A stretch of 64,000 bases of DNA from Clostridiaceae bacterium (GCA_034926225.1 JAYFRF010000005.1:188884-252883), one strand, 5' to 3'; shown: positions 53,607-63,794, counted from the stretch's first letter. Notes: a model not told the origin generated them from the letters alone. Numbers and translations are program-made.

Positions 53607-54935
53607 ATGCTTATAATTCAACCCCAATCCGCGGAATATTCCATCGAAGCGTCCGCGCTTTCCCTGTCCATCGGGGAAACGGTCACGCTGCAAGGGATGG
53701 TGTATAAAATCCGCGAAATGTCAGGGTTTGCTTTTATCCTGTTACAGACGCGCACGCAGCTTTGTCAATGCGTCTGGTCACCGGACTTTACCGATTTCCC
53801 GCTGTCCGCGCTGCATCCGGGAGCAGCGGTACGCGTCAAAGGCGCTGTCACGGAGGAGCCGCGCAGCCATACCGGGTATGAACTGCGGCTTCTTTCCTGT
53901 ACCTTACTGAACTCGCCGTCCCGCGAGGAACCTCCCGTCGTCATCAACAATCGCGAAGCCACCGCGGCGCTCGATACGCTGCTCGACTACCGTCCCCTTA
54001 CGCTGCGCAATCAGAAGGAACGCGCAATTTTTGTGATTCAAGCCGCGTTATGCGCCGGATTTCGCCGGTTTTTCATCGAAAACGGCTTCACGGAGATCCA
54101 TTCGCCAAAACTCTGCTCCGGCGGCGCGGAGGGCGGTACGGAGGTCTTCCAGGTAGACTATTTCGGCAAACCCGCCTGCCTCGCGCAGAGTCCGCAGCTT
54201 TATAAACAGATGATGGTCGGCGTTTTCGAGCGCGTCTATGAAATCGCCCCCGTTTTTCGCGCGGAAAAGCACGATACCGCACGCCACATCAACGAGTACA
54301 CCGGTGTCGACTTCGAAATGGGCTTCATCACGAGCTTTCACGATCTCATGCGGATGGAAGCCCGCCTGATCGCGTCTGCGCTTTCCTACGTAGACAGCGT
54401 CTGTCCCGAGGAACTGGCGCTCTTAAAGACTGAGCTTCCCAAAACCGACGCGATTCCCGCCATCCCTTTCGACGAGGCGAAGCTTATCATCGCTGACGCT
54501 TATCATCGCCCCGTCACCGACCCGCTGGACTTTGACCCAGAGGAGGAAAAGCTTTTAGGCGCGCTGATCAAGCAGGAAACCGGCAGCGATTTCGTCTTTG
54601 TCACGCATTATAAAAGCGCAAAGCGGCCGTTTTATACGATGGATACGCCGGGAAACCCCGATGTGACGGAAAGCTTCGACTTGCTTTTCCGCGGCATGGA
54701 AGTCACCACCGGCGGACAGCGCATCCATGATTACGATATGCAGCTTGATAAAATGCGCGCGCGCGGCGTTGACCCCGCACTGTTTGAAAGCTATCTGTCC
54801 GCGCACAAATACGGCCTTCCTCCGCATGGCGGACTCGGCATCGGCCTGGAGCGTTTCACCGCGCGGCTTTTAGGCTTTGACAATGTCCGCCGCGCGACGC
54901 TGTTCCCCCGCGATACGCATCGCTTGGAACCGTAG
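53607..54935 (+). CDS. aspS: Aspartate--tRNA ligase, archaeal/type-2 (possibly non-discriminating)
   Basis: OB anticodon-binding domain. Class IIb motifs FTEIHSPKL, FQVDYFGKPACLAQSPQLYKQ, PVFRAEKHDTARHINEYTGVDFEM and GLPPHGGLGIGLERF. The start is trimmed to the ATG at 53607, 7 nt after GGAGGG. The 5' 72 codons of the track ORF cover the promoter and terminator. Confidence 0.9.
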   Translation: MLIIQPQSAEYSIEASALSLSIGETVTLQGMVYKIREMSGFAFILLQTRTQLCQCVWSPDFTDFPLSALHPGAAVRVKGAVTEEPRSHTGYELRLLSCTLLNSPSREEPPVVINNREATAALDTLLDYRPLTLRNQKERAIFVIQAALCAGFRRFFIENGFTEIHSPKLCSGGAEGGTEVFQVDYFGKPACLAQSPQLYKQMMVGVFERVYEIAPVFRAEKHDTARHINEYTGVDFEMGFITSFHDLMRMEARLIASALSYVDSVCPEELALLKTELPKTDAIPAIPFDEAKLIIADAYHRPVTDPLDFDPEEEKLLGALIKQETGSDFVFVTHYKSAKRPFYTMDTPGNPDVTESFDLLFRGMEVTTGGQRIHDYDMQLDKMRARGVDPALFESYLSAHKYGLPPHGGLGIGLERFTARLLGFDNVRRATLFPRDTHRLEP

Positions 54936-54942
54936 GCGATAA

Positions 54943-54981
54943 GACAAAGCTCGAACCGCCACACGCGGTTCGAGCTTTGTC
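54943..54981. terminator. Bidirectional terminator between aspS and the VOC gene
   Basis: Perfect 17-bp stem GACAAAGCTCGAACCGC-CACAC-GCGGTTCGAGCTTTGTC. Confidence 0.8.
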
Positions 54982-54982
54982 G

Positions 54983-55378
54983 TTAGGCTTTTTCGTGAAA
55001 GTATAATGCCCATGGAATGCCGCATTTGTCCGTCACGAGCGCCAATGCCGTCGCCCACGGATATGGGCCCCCGAGCGAATAATTCCGCCCTTCTTGTATT
55101 AAAACGCCATACGCCTTACGAAAATCACTCTCGTTTTCAAAGTGAATTTCGCAGACCATCACATTTTCCGAGACCCTTTCGACTTTATTCCCCGGGCAGA
55201 GTAAAATTTCAAATCCGTTAATTTCCATCAATATATGGATATCTTCCCCGTCCGGCGGCGTTGATTCGGAAATTTTTCTCGCGTTGAAAGCTTGCTGATA
55301 TAAGGAAAAAGCTTCTATTCTTTCTTCGTTTGTACTGCCTATGCAGAAAGCCATCTTAAATTGTGGGTACTGCGGCAT
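54983..55378 (-). CDS. VOC (glyoxalase/PhnB-like) family protein
   Basis: 131 aa. The pattern ...IHILMEINGFEILLCPG... and C-terminal DKCGIPWALYF is typical of PhnB-like VOC proteins. The start is trimmed to 55378 (AGGAGG SD). Confidence 0.75.
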   Translation of the reverse strand: MPQYPQFKMAFCIGSTNEERIEAFSLYQQAFNARKISESTPPDGEDIHILMEINGFEILLCPGNKVERVSENVMVCEIHFENESDFRKAYGVLIQEGRNYSLGGPYPWATALALVTDKCGIPWALYFHEKA

Positions 55379-55453
55379 AGCGATCCTCCTCATAGCTTAT
55401 AGATTTCATCGTCGCCGTCTTTTGAATAAAAAACCATCGCAGTGTCCGCTGTG

Positions 55454-55486
55454 AAAAACGGCGGCGGGACAAGCTCCCGCCGCCGT
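55454..55486 (-). terminator. Rho-independent terminator
   Basis: On the minus strand: ACGGCGGCGGGA-GCTTG-TCCCGCCGCCGT followed by TTTTTCAC. Confidence 0.75.
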
Positions 55487-55493
55487 AAACGGA

Positions 55494-56429
55494 CTATTCC
55501 ACCAGCTTATTGACAAGTGCCGCCACCGCCGCGAAATCGCCCGGCTTCGGCGCCTTTACATCGTCGAGAATACACCAGGTCTCCACATGATCGACCTTCT
55601 TCCCCGGTTCGACCATGCGCAGCGGGGAAAGAGACTCCATTTCCAGGAAGCTTGCGTTGGTATAGGTTTCAAAATTCATACCGCCGTCGGGGTATACCGC
55701 GCCTTCCACGAAGGGCAGGCGCTTCACGAACAACGCGCCGCGATAGGCATAGGCGGCCCAGCCCCGACGGTTATCGAGACCCAGCTTGAACGCCGTCTGC
55801 GCGCGCTTGTCCTGACGGAGCGTGATGTATTCCTTCCCCCAGGCCACGCGTTTGTCGCTCATATCGCTGTACGGCCAGAGCGCCATCACACGGTTGCCGA
55901 GAAGGCCCGTATTATGCCGGTTCTGCGGGATGATCTCGACGCCGCCGGGGGTCAGCACGGACAGCGCCCACACGGCGAACTCCTGCGGTACCTCCGCGAT
56001 GTTGGTCACCGAATTGGTCACGGTCACCTGCGTGCCGTACTCCTCAAGCGCGACGGTCAGTTCCATCGTAATACCGTTTTTACGCTGCGGCGGCGGGGTA
56101 AAGGTGACGCCGGTATTGGAAATGGCATAGCGAACACGGGTATTGTCGGGATAGTAGCAGCGTGGCAGCGATTCCGGGCTAATCCAGATGCGGTGGCCGC
56201 CGTAGATATACCAGGCCGCGCCGCGTCCGTAGTAGTCGGACATCGCCTTCTCGTCATGGACAATGGAACGCGCGCGATCCTCGAAAAAGAAATTCGATCC
56301 GCCCCGCAGGGAATAACCGATCACGCGCGGACCGATATCGAGGGTCACATAGACCTCCGCGAAAGCGTTTTCAATCTTTAAGCAGCGCCCGAAATTCTTA
56401 TAGCGAACCTCGCTGTAGCTGATGGCCAT
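55494..56429 (-). CDS. Conserved hypothetical protein (beta-rich; possibly mutarotase-like fold)
   Basis: 311-aa ORF with coding-like composition and tight spacing to the upstream gene. I cannot name a diagnostic motif. Confidence 0.55.
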   Translation of the reverse strand: MAISYSEVRYKNFGRCLKIENAFAEVYVTLDIGPRVIGYSLRGGSNFFFEDRARSIVHDEKAMSDYYGRGAAWYIYGGHRIWISPESLPRCYYPDNTRVRYAISNTGVTFTPPPQRKNGITMELTVALEEYGTQVTVTNSVTNIAEVPQEFAVWALSVLTPGGVEIIPQNRHNTGLLGNRVMALWPYSDMSDKRVAWGKEYITLRQDKRAQTAFKLGLDNRRGWAAYAYRGALFVKRLPFVEGAVYPDGGMNFETYTNASFLEMESLSPLRMVEPGKKVDHVETWCILDDVKAPKPGDFAAVAALVNKLVE

Positions 56430-56447
56430 GAGAATACCTCCTTTCCA

Positions 56448-57347
56448 TTATAACGCACACATACGGGCAAGTTCCCTTGCGACCTTATAGAGAAGCCTCG
56501 TCGAATCCATCAGCAACGCCGCGCCGTACATCACCTGTGTCTGATCGGCTTCAAGGGACAGTGTGCCGCCGTAGCCGATTTCCTTCAGTGCGGCGGCGAA
56601 ATCCGTCCAGCAAACACTTGACAGATGCGTCGGGCCGTTGTATCCGAGCATCGGCGCGACATGGCAGTCGTCGATGCCGTCGTTGTCGTGGATGTGCAGC
56701 GTACAGAGCCGTTTGCCGAGCTTTCGCGCCATGTCCGCAGCACCCGAGCCGGAAAGCTGGGCATGTCCGGTGTCGAGGCAGGCGACAAACTGCCCTCCGA
56801 GCGCGTCGATATAGTCGATCATCTCCTCCGCCGAGGAGCAGACCGTCGGGCAGATACGCTTTTTCTCCGGATCCCAGTTGAACATATTTTCGACGCCGAG
56901 CCGGACGCCGCACCGCTCAAGCATAGGCGTCAGCTCACCGTAAAACTTCATGTTAATCTCACGCGTTTCGGCGCGGAAATGGTCATAGCGATATTCCCGC
57001 GGGATGCAGGGATGGATGATGATATAGGGAGAGCCGAGACGGTACGCCGCGAGGATCGCTTTCTTCTGGCACTCGAGGATATAGGCGTCCTCGTCGGGAT
57101 TCGCGGTATACGAGGGCATCGGCGAATGCACCTGTCCGATCTCGATCCCGGCGTCGCGCGCCGTCTGTCCGAGGTTTTCAAAATAGCGTTCAAAATCGGC
57201 TTCGGGACCGGCAAAAAGCTCGCCGTGCATGTCGTACTTGAACATGCCGAAGTCCACCGCGTCAAAGCCGATGTCGGCAAGCCTTTTTAAAGCTTCGGCG
57301 TCACCGTAGGTACGCGCCATCATGTCGGTTGTTACGGATACCTTCAT
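56448..57347 (-). CDS. Sugar phosphate isomerase/epimerase (xylose-isomerase-like TIM barrel)
   Basis: AP_endonuc_2-type pattern: GFDAVDF, ...VHSPM..., LGVENM, DTGHA, LHIHDNDG. Confidence 0.85.
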   Translation of the reverse strand: MKVSVTTDMMARTYGDAEALKRLADIGFDAVDFGMFKYDMHGELFAGPEADFERYFENLGQTARDAGIEIGQVHSPMPSYTANPDEDAYILECQKKAILAAYRLGSPYIIIHPCIPREYRYDHFRAETREINMKFYGELTPMLERCGVRLGVENMFNWDPEKKRICPTVCSSAEEMIDYIDALGGQFVACLDTGHAQLSGSGAADMARKLGKRLCTLHIHDNDGIDDCHVAPMLGYNGPTHLSSVCWTDFAAALKEIGYGGTLSLEADQTQVMYGAALLMDSTRLLYKVARELARMCAL

Positions 57348-57365
57348 ACGTATATCCTCCCGCTC

Positions 57366-58886
57366 TTATTTTTCGATCAGGCTCTCTCCCGTCATCTGGG
57401 CGGGCTTTTCGATGCCCATCAGGTCGAGCATCGTCGGGGTAATGTCCGCCAAACGACCGCCTTTACGCAGGGTGATCGGATGGCCGGCGCCAACGACGCA
57501 GAACGGCACGGGGTTTGTCGTATGCGCGGTAAACGGCGTCACGCCGTCGTCGTCGAGCAGCTTATCGGCATTGCCGTGGTCGGCGGTGATCAGCGCCATG
57601 CCGCCGGCGGCGAGTGTATGCTCCACCACGCGTCCGACGCAGGTATCCACGGCCTCGACCGCCTTGACCGCCGCGTCGAAGATGCCGGTGTGACCGACCA
57701 TATCGCAGTTCGCGAAATTTAGGATAATCGCGTCGTAGGTACCGGCGTCGATGCGGGAGCAGACCTCGTCCGTAACCTTATACGCGCTCATCTCCGGCTG
57801 GAGATCGTAGGTTGGCACGTTCGGGGAATCGATCAGACACCGATCCTCGCCCTCGTAGACGGTTTCGGAGCCGCCGTTGAAGAAGAAGGTGACATGGGCG
57901 TACTTGGTATACTCGGCGATGCGCAGCTGGCGCATATGATGGTTTGCAAGCACCTCGCCAAAGGGCATGGTCAGCTCCTCCGGCGGGAATGCGATCTTCA
58001 CATTCGGCATCGTCGCGTCGTACTGCGTCATGCAGACGTAGTAAAGCGGGAAAAAGCCTTTTTTGCGGGGAAAACCGTCGAAATCCGGATCGACAAACGC
58101 GCGGGTGATCTCACGGGCGCGATCTGGACGGAAATTGAAGAAGATCACGGAATCATTCGCGCCGATCACGGTATCGGTGCAGACGATGGGCTTGATGAAC
58201 TCGTCGGTCACACCCTCGGCATAGGACTTTTTGATCGCGTCCACGGGGTCGGCGTTCTTCACGCCCTCACCGCATACCATCGCGTTGTACGCAAGCCCGA
58301 CGCGGTCCCACTTCTTCTCGCGGTCCATCGCGTAATAGCGGCCCATGACGGTCGCGACCTTGCCTGTGATTTCCTTCGTCTTTTCGACGCACTCGGCGAC
58401 AAAATCCGCGCCGGATGCCGGCGGCACGTCGCGGCCGTCCATCAGGCAGTGGATGTACACACGGTCGAGCCCGCGCCGCCGCGCGAGCTCCAAGAGCCCC
58501 CAAAGATGGGTGTTGTGCGAATGGACGCCGCCGTCGGACATCAGGCCGATGAGATGGAGGGCGGAGCCCCGCTCCTTTGCGTTGTCGACCGCGCCGGTGA
58601 GCGCGGCATTCTCAAAGAAATCGCCGTCGCGAATAGACTTCGTGATGCGGGTCAACTCCTGATAGACGACGCGGCCCGCGCCGATGTTGGTGTGTCCGAC
58701 CTCGGAGTTGCCCATCTGCCCATCCGGCAGACCGACGTCCATTCCGGACGCGCCGATCTCGGTCATGGGGTTATGTGTAAAAATACGGTCGAGGTTCGGT
58801 GTTTTCGCCGATGCGATGGCATTGCCGTTACGGTCGGGATTGATGCCGAAACCATCCATAATAATCAGTGTAACGGGTTTCCTCAT
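57366..58886 (-). CDS. gpmI: 2,3-bisphosphoglycerate-independent phosphoglycerate mutase
   Basis: LIIMDGFG, GNSEVGHTNIGAGR, SDGGVHS, and ITADHGNA. Confidence 0.96.
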   Translation of the reverse strand: MRKPVTLIIMDGFGINPDRNGNAIASAKTPNLDRIFTHNPMTEIGASGMDVGLPDGQMGNSEVGHTNIGAGRVVYQELTRITKSIRDGDFFENAALTGAVDNAKERGSALHLIGLMSDGGVHSHNTHLWGLLELARRRGLDRVYIHCLMDGRDVPPASGADFVAECVEKTKEITGKVATVMGRYYAMDREKKWDRVGLAYNAMVCGEGVKNADPVDAIKKSYAEGVTDEFIKPIVCTDTVIGANDSVIFFNFRPDRAREITRAFVDPDFDGFPRKKGFFPLYYVCMTQYDATMPNVKIAFPPEELTMPFGEVLANHHMRQLRIAEYTKYAHVTFFFNGGSETVYEGEDRCLIDSPNVPTYDLQPEMSAYKVTDEVCSRIDAGTYDAIILNFANCDMVGHTGIFDAAVKAVEAVDTCVGRVVEHTLAAGGMALITADHGNADKLLDDDGVTPFTAHTTNPVPFCVVGAGHPITLRKGGRLADITPTMLDLMGIEKPAQMTGESLIEK

Positions 58887-58917
58887 ATATAAAAAGTACC
58901 TTTCTTCAGATAATAGC

Positions 58918-59916
58918 TTACAGCGGGCAGAACATCAGCAGCTCGCCGTTTGTGGCAGTGCCGTACTGCTCGAAGCCGCAGGTTTTATAGAGCTTCTGCG
59001 CCTTATAATTTGTCGAATGTGTGATCAGCCGCAGCACATGCTTGCCATGCGTACGCGCGCGCGATTTCAGGAAGGTCAGCATCACGCGACCGATGCCCTC
59101 CCCCTGCGCCTCGTCCGCCACGCCGATGCCGACGGAGGTCACGACCTCGTCCAGCAGCCGTAAAAAGACGTAACCGATGACACGTTCCTCCCCATCGACC
59201 GTCCATACGGCAACGAAGCGGTCGTCCATCGGGTCGTGCTGGGTATCGCGGCACAGCGTGTCGAGCGACGCCCGGTCGAGCCGGTGCGGGGTGAAAAACG
59301 CAATGCTCGCGGGGCTCATCGAATGGAAGAACGCGTCCAGCTTCGCGCCGTCGTCCTCCCGCAGGGAGCGGAGCATGTAGGGCTTTCCGGAGCGCGCCGT
59401 ATAGGAGATCGCAACCGGCTCCCAACACGTAAGGGACTCCGCCGATTGCGGCACGAGATTATACATGAACAGCATATCACCATTCATAGCGTTGCCGACC
59501 TGATAAAAGCCGTCATGCTGCAAGAGCCGGTGTGCACGGACATTGCGCGGCGGCACCGCCGCGCAAGCGAGAACATAGTCCCGCGAGCGCGCCCAGTCCA
59601 GCATCGCGTTCAGCAGCATTTTCCCGATACCGCATCCAGCATACGCGTCTAAAATACCCAGCGAAAGGATGGGCACGGGGCGATAAAGCTCGTCCAAAAT
59701 ACCGTAGCCGACGATACGATCGTCGGACACAGCCGCCAGTCTCGCTGTATGCGTCATATCGACGGTTTCGCGGCAGATCCGTTCCAGCGCTTCGGGAGAG
59801 ATGCTGTGCGGAGTAAATAACGAGAGCGCATCCGGGCTAAGGGCGCGGAAAAAGGCGGACAATCTGGCGGCGTCGTCCCCGTTCAGCGGACGAACGGCAA
59901 GCGTCTGCTTCGTCAT
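58918..59916 (-). CDS. Tandem GNAT-family N-acetyltransferase
   Basis: Two GNAT cores: IVGYGILD...DAYAGCGIGKMLLNAMLDWA and VIGYVFLR...ADEAQGEGIGRVMLTFLKSRA. Confidence 0.8.
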   Translation of the reverse strand: MTKQTLAVRPLNGDDAARLSAFFRALSPDALSLFTPHSISPEALERICRETVDMTHTARLAAVSDDRIVGYGILDELYRPVPILSLGILDAYAGCGIGKMLLNAMLDWARSRDYVLACAAVPPRNVRAHRLLQHDGFYQVGNAMNGDMLFMYNLVPQSAESLTCWEPVAISYTARSGKPYMLRSLREDDGAKLDAFFHSMSPASIAFFTPHRLDRASLDTLCRDTQHDPMDDRFVAVWTVDGEERVIGYVFLRLLDEVVTSVGIGVADEAQGEGIGRVMLTFLKSRARTHGKHVLRLITHSTNYKAQKLYKTCGFEQYGTATNGELLMFCPL

Positions 59917-59937
59917 AAAAAGCCTCCCCTACGAGTA

Positions 59938-59980
59938 GAAAAACAAACGCGGAAAGACGCCTTTGCGCGCCTTTCCGCGT
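59938..59980 (-). terminator. Terminator-like hairpin between tpiA and the GNAT gene
   Basis: On the minus strand: ACGCGGAAAGG..-loop-..CTTTCCGCGT followed by TTGTTTTTCT. Confidence 0.6.
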
Positions 59981-60014
59981 ATACGCGTCAGGTGAATCGG
60001 GGATACTCCGTCTC

Positions 60015-60785
60015 TTATTGATTCGCGGCGTTGATGATCGCGGCGAAGTCGGGAGCCTTCAGGGAAGCGCCGCCGATGAGACCGCCGTCGACGTCGAGCT
60101 TAGCAAGAAGCTCGGCCGCATTGCCGGCGTTCATGGAGCCGCCGTACTGGATGGTGACGGCGCGGGCGATGCGGGCGCCGTACAGCTCGCGGATGCAGTC
60201 GCGGATCCAGCCGCAGACCTCCTCGGCCTGATCGGCAGAGGCGGTTTTGCCGGTACCGATGGCCCAGATGGGCTCATAGGCGAGGATAATGCGCTTGACG
60301 GCGCTGGGCTCGACGCCGCCGAGGGCGATCTTGACCTGCTGGCGGATAAACTCGAGCGTCACACCCTGCTCGCGCTGCTGGAGGGATTCGCCGACGCAGA
60401 CGATCGGACGAAGGCCGGCGTCGAGCGCGGCATGGATCTTCTTGTTGACCGTGATATCGGTTTCCGCAAAGTACTGACGGCGCTCGGAGTGTCCGATGAC
60501 GACGTACTTGACACCGAGCTCGGCGAGCATCTGAGCGCTGATTTCGCCGGTATACGCGCCGCTCTTCTCATAATGCATATTCTGCGCGCCGATGGAAGCG
60601 CGGAAGCCCTTCGTCGCCTTGAGTGCGGCGGGGATGTCCACGAACGGAACGCAAAGAACGATTTCACACCACTTCACGCGGGAAACGGATGTCTTAAGCT
60701 CCTCGATTAAAGCGCGCGTCTCAGCCGGAGTCTTATTCATTTTCCAGTTGCCGGCGATAACGGTCTTACGGTATCTCTGATTCAT
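60015..60785 (-). CDS. tpiA: Triosephosphate isomerase
   Basis: [26 protein letters not shown] and GGASL. Confidence 0.96.
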   Translation of the reverse strand: MNQRYRKTVIAGNWKMNKTPAETRALIEELKTSVSRVKWCEIVLCVPFVDIPAALKATKGFRASIGAQNMHYEKSGAYTGEISAQMLAELGVKYVVIGHSERRQYFAETDITVNKKIHAALDAGLRPIVCVGESLQQREQGVTLEFIRQQVKIALGGVEPSAVKRIILAYEPIWAIGTGKTASADQAEEVCGWIRDCIRELYGARIARAVTIQYGGSMNAGNAAELLAKLDVDGGLIGGASLKAPDFAAIINAANQ

Positions 60786-60817
60786 GGCAGTATATTGCTC
60801 CCTTTAAATATATTTAA

Positions 60818-62005
60818 TTATTTATCCTGAAGGCACGCGATGCCGGGAAGCTCGAGGCCTTCAAGGAACTCGAGGGAAGCGCCGCCGCCGGTGGAGATGT
60901 GGGTCATCCTGTCGGCATAGCCGAGCTGCTCGACCGCAGCCGCGCTGTCGCCGCCGCCGATGATGCTGATCGCCTTGGAGTTCGCGATCGCCGCCGCGAC
61001 ACTGCGGGTACCGTTGGCGAATGCGTCGAACTCGAACACGCCCATCGGGCCGTTCCAGACGACGGTGCCGGCATCCCGGATCGCCTTGGTGAAAACTTCG
61101 ATAGACTTCGGGCCGATGTCGAGTCCCATCAGCTCGCCGATGGCTCTGCTGCAGACCACGACAGGCGTCGCGTCGGCCTTAAACTCGGCCGCGGCCAGCG
61201 TGTCGCACGGCAGAATAAAGCGAACGCCTTTTCCGAGCGCCTTGAGAACCATTTCGCGGGCATAATCGAGCTTATCATCCTCGCAGCGGGAATTGCCGAT
61301 ATCGCCGCCCATGGCCTTGATAAACGTATACGCCATTGCGCCGCCGATGATCAAGGTATCGACCTTCTCAAGGAGGTTGTTGATCACACCGATCTTATCG
61401 GAAACCTTCGCGCCGCCGAGGATCGCGACGAACGGACGCGCCGGGTCGGCAAGCGCCTTGCCCATGACGGAGATTTCCTTCTCAATTAAAAAGCCGCAGA
61501 CCGCCGGGAGATACGCCGCGACGCCGGCCGTGGAAGCATGCGCACGATGCGCGGTACCGAACGCGTCGTTGACATAGATATCGGCAAAGGCCGCAAGCGC
61601 TTTCGCAAAATCGGGGTCGTTCTTTTCTTCCTCCTTATGGAAGCGGACGTTCTCTAAAAGGCACACGTCGCCGTCCTTCAGCGCGTCAATGCAAGCCTTC
61701 GCGGAGTCGCCGATGACGTCCTTGGCCATGGCGACGTCGCAGCCCAAAAGCTCGGACAGGCGCTTCGCCACAGGCGCAAGGGAGTACTTTTCGTTAAACT
61801 GACCCTTCGGACGGCCGAGATGGGAACAAAGGATGGTCTTGGCGCCATGCTCGCGCAGGTACTGGATGGTCGGCAGAGCGCCGAGGATACGGGTCTCGTC
61901 GGTAATCTGAAGATTTTCATCCTGCGGCACGTTGAAATCGCAGCGAACTAAAACACGTTTGCCGCAAACATCGATGTCGCGAACGCTCTTCTTGTTATAA
62001 TTCAT
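60818..62005 (-). CDS. pgk: Phosphoglycerate kinase
   Basis: [28 protein letters not shown], and [13 protein letters not shown]. Confidence 0.97.
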   Translation of the reverse strand: MNYNKKSVRDIDVCGKRVLVRCDFNVPQDENLQITDETRILGALPTIQYLREHGAKTILCSHLGRPKGQFNEKYSLAPVAKRLSELLGCDVAMAKDVIGDSAKACIDALKDGDVCLLENVRFHKEEEKNDPDFAKALAAFADIYVNDAFGTAHRAHASTAGVAAYLPAVCGFLIEKEISVMGKALADPARPFVAILGGAKVSDKIGVINNLLEKVDTLIIGGAMAYTFIKAMGGDIGNSRCEDDKLDYAREMVLKALGKGVRFILPCDTLAAAEFKADATPVVVCSRAIGELMGLDIGPKSIEVFTKAIRDAGTVVWNGPMGVFEFDAFANGTRSVAAAIANSKAISIIGGGDSAAAVEQLGYADRMTHISTGGGASLEFLEGLELPGIACLQDK

Positions 62006-62238
62006 GAGTAAGACTCCTTTTCCCGTGCTGATTTGCTACGGGTTTTTGATTCATACGGGCTATATTATACGTCATAAATGCCTAAAATGCAAGGGAAACC
62101 GCGTAGTAAAGTTCAATTTTAGCGATATTACTTTATTGCGCCGTCCAAAGCATCAATCTTTGTACAAAACAACAGTTTTTTCTCATTGTTTCCGTCATAA
62201 CAGCTTTTACAAAAGGGGTGTCGCCGCCAAAAATCGCT

Positions 62239-62802
62239 CTATTCCGCTCTTTTGTACACGGAAGTGACACGGTGCGTCCGTTCAAATTCACGAATCTGTG
62301 CAAATCGTTCCCGCCAATCCGGCATTACGCGTTCTACCACGGCATAAAACCGGGCACTGTGGTTATGCTCCTTAAGATGCGCCAGCTCGTGCACGACGAT
62401 GTACTCGAGGCAGCGTTCCGGCAGCAGCAGCGCGCGCACCGAGAGGCAGATCCGCCCATTCGCGCCGCAGCTGCCCCACCTTGTCGCAGCGTTTGTCAGC
62501 GTAATCCCCGCCGGGGTCACGCCAAGGAGTTCCGCCCATTTCCACACAAGCTTCGGCAAAGCCTGTTTTCCCTGCTCTTTAAGACAAGCCGTAAGCTTAG
62601 GTGTCAGCGCAATCGTCTGCGCGGCGGCTTCGCGGGACCGTCTTTGCTCCCGGTGCCGCCGGATCCACTCCGCATGCGCCGTCACAAATGCGTCGATCTC
62701 CCTTGTCGGCATCCGCAGCGGCGCGCGGACGGTCACATGGCCCGCCTCCCCTACCTGCACGGCAATCGTCCGGCGCCCCGAGCGGATCAGCTCGTAGTCC
62801 AT
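62239..62802 (-). CDS. YgjP-like (DUF45/M48-type) zinc metallopeptidase
   Basis: RWGSC....I.L...LL..P...LEYIVVHELAHLKEHNHSARFYAVVERVMPDW. TAATG overlap with the upstream gene. Confidence 0.85.
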   Translation of the reverse strand: MDYELIRSGRRTIAVQVGEAGHVTVRAPLRMPTREIDAFVTAHAEWIRRHREQRRSREAAAQTIALTPKLTACLKEQGKQALPKLVWKWAELLGVTPAGITLTNAATRWGSCGANGRICLSVRALLLPERCLEYIVVHELAHLKEHNHSARFYAVVERVMPDWRERFAQIREFERTHRVTSVYKRAE

Positions 62803-63653
62803 TACTTCCTGCCGAGCGCCGGCGTCTTATTCGGGCTGGAGCGGCCCTCGATGGCGGGCGGGCGGCGCTCGATGGCCGCCATCGCGATTTCGACGTCCTC
62901 ATGCACCTCCGCGGGCGTAAACGCGCCGAGCGTCACCATATCGCACGGTCGGATCGTCGAATAGGAGAACGTCAGCCCCACAAACGGCGAGCAGCGTCCC
63001 GCGGCCATCGACTTGATCGTCATGACCGGCTTTTTCGCACCCCAGATGACCTTATGGATGTACTCGACCTCGACCTGCATCAAAAACCCCATGCAGTTAT
63101 AAATCTGGATATAGGTCTCGACGTCGTACCCCTGCTCGTCGGAGAACAACACCAGCTCCGGCATATGCGCGGAAAGCCCGGGCAGCATCCCGTTTTCACG
63201 GATCATATAGAGGTAATCCGGAAGCCGGTCGATTGAGTGGCGCAGCTTCGACACAAGCTGCTCGGCGCTGGAGTGGTGAATCAGGCAGAAGGTGGAGCCG
63301 GCGCGTCGGGCCTCCTGGATCGTCGCCTCCGCCCGCGCGCGTCCCTCGGCGGTATCGGATACGTCGATGCAGGGCGTCGAGATCAGCGTGATTTTTTTGC
63401 CGGTACGCTCCTCGGCGAGCTTCACGCCTTCCAGGAGCAGGTCGTTGCCGACCACCGGCGCCATCAGCGCGTCGATGCCATAGGACAGATACGCTTCCAA
63501 CACAGAGGAAACCATCTCCGGCGATGAGTGCCGGTCACGAATCAGCGCGTCGGCGGAGGTAGAGGTATGGCTGTAGCCGAGAATCCAGTTCGAGCCGATG
63601 AGCATGCGCGGCAGCGATACGCCGCCGACTTCGGTACGGGGAAATTCCTTCAT
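62802..63653 (-). CDS. Conserved hypothetical protein
   Basis: 283-aa ORF starting MKEFPRTEVGGVSLPRMLIGSNWILGYSH. It has no motif I can assign, and it is translationally coupled to the metallopeptidase gene. Confidence 0.55.
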   Translation of the reverse strand: MKEFPRTEVGGVSLPRMLIGSNWILGYSHTSTSADALIRDRHSSPEMVSSVLEAYLSYGIDALMAPVVGNDLLLEGVKLAEERTGKKITLISTPCIDVSDTAEGRARAEATIQEARRAGSTFCLIHHSSAEQLVSKLRHSIDRLPDYLYMIRENGMLPGLSAHMPELVLFSDEQGYDVETYIQIYNCMGFLMQVEVEYIHKVIWGAKKPVMTIKSMAAGRCSPFVGLTFSYSTIRPCDMVTLGAFTPAEVHEDVEIAMAAIERRPPAIEGRSSPNKTPALGRK

Positions 63654-63713
63654 AATAAGAGCCTCCTAACAGATGAAACTATCGGAAAAGCAATGGTTCT
63701 TTACAAATAATAC

Positions 63714-63742
63714 TTGCAAGCGGATGCGTTGTATGGTATGAT
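63714..63742 (+). promoter_or_regulatory. Putative sigma-A promoter for the CNNM/DUF21 gene
   Basis: TTGCAA, a 17-nt spacer, then TGGTATGAT. Confidence 0.5.
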
Positions 63743-63794
63743 ACCCCTACACACGATATAAAATCGTGCAAAAATAAACTGGAGGAATGATTTC

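Noticed and set aside
57894-58892. 332-aa plus-strand ORF.
   Set aside because: It is antisense to gpmI, whose identity is unambiguous.
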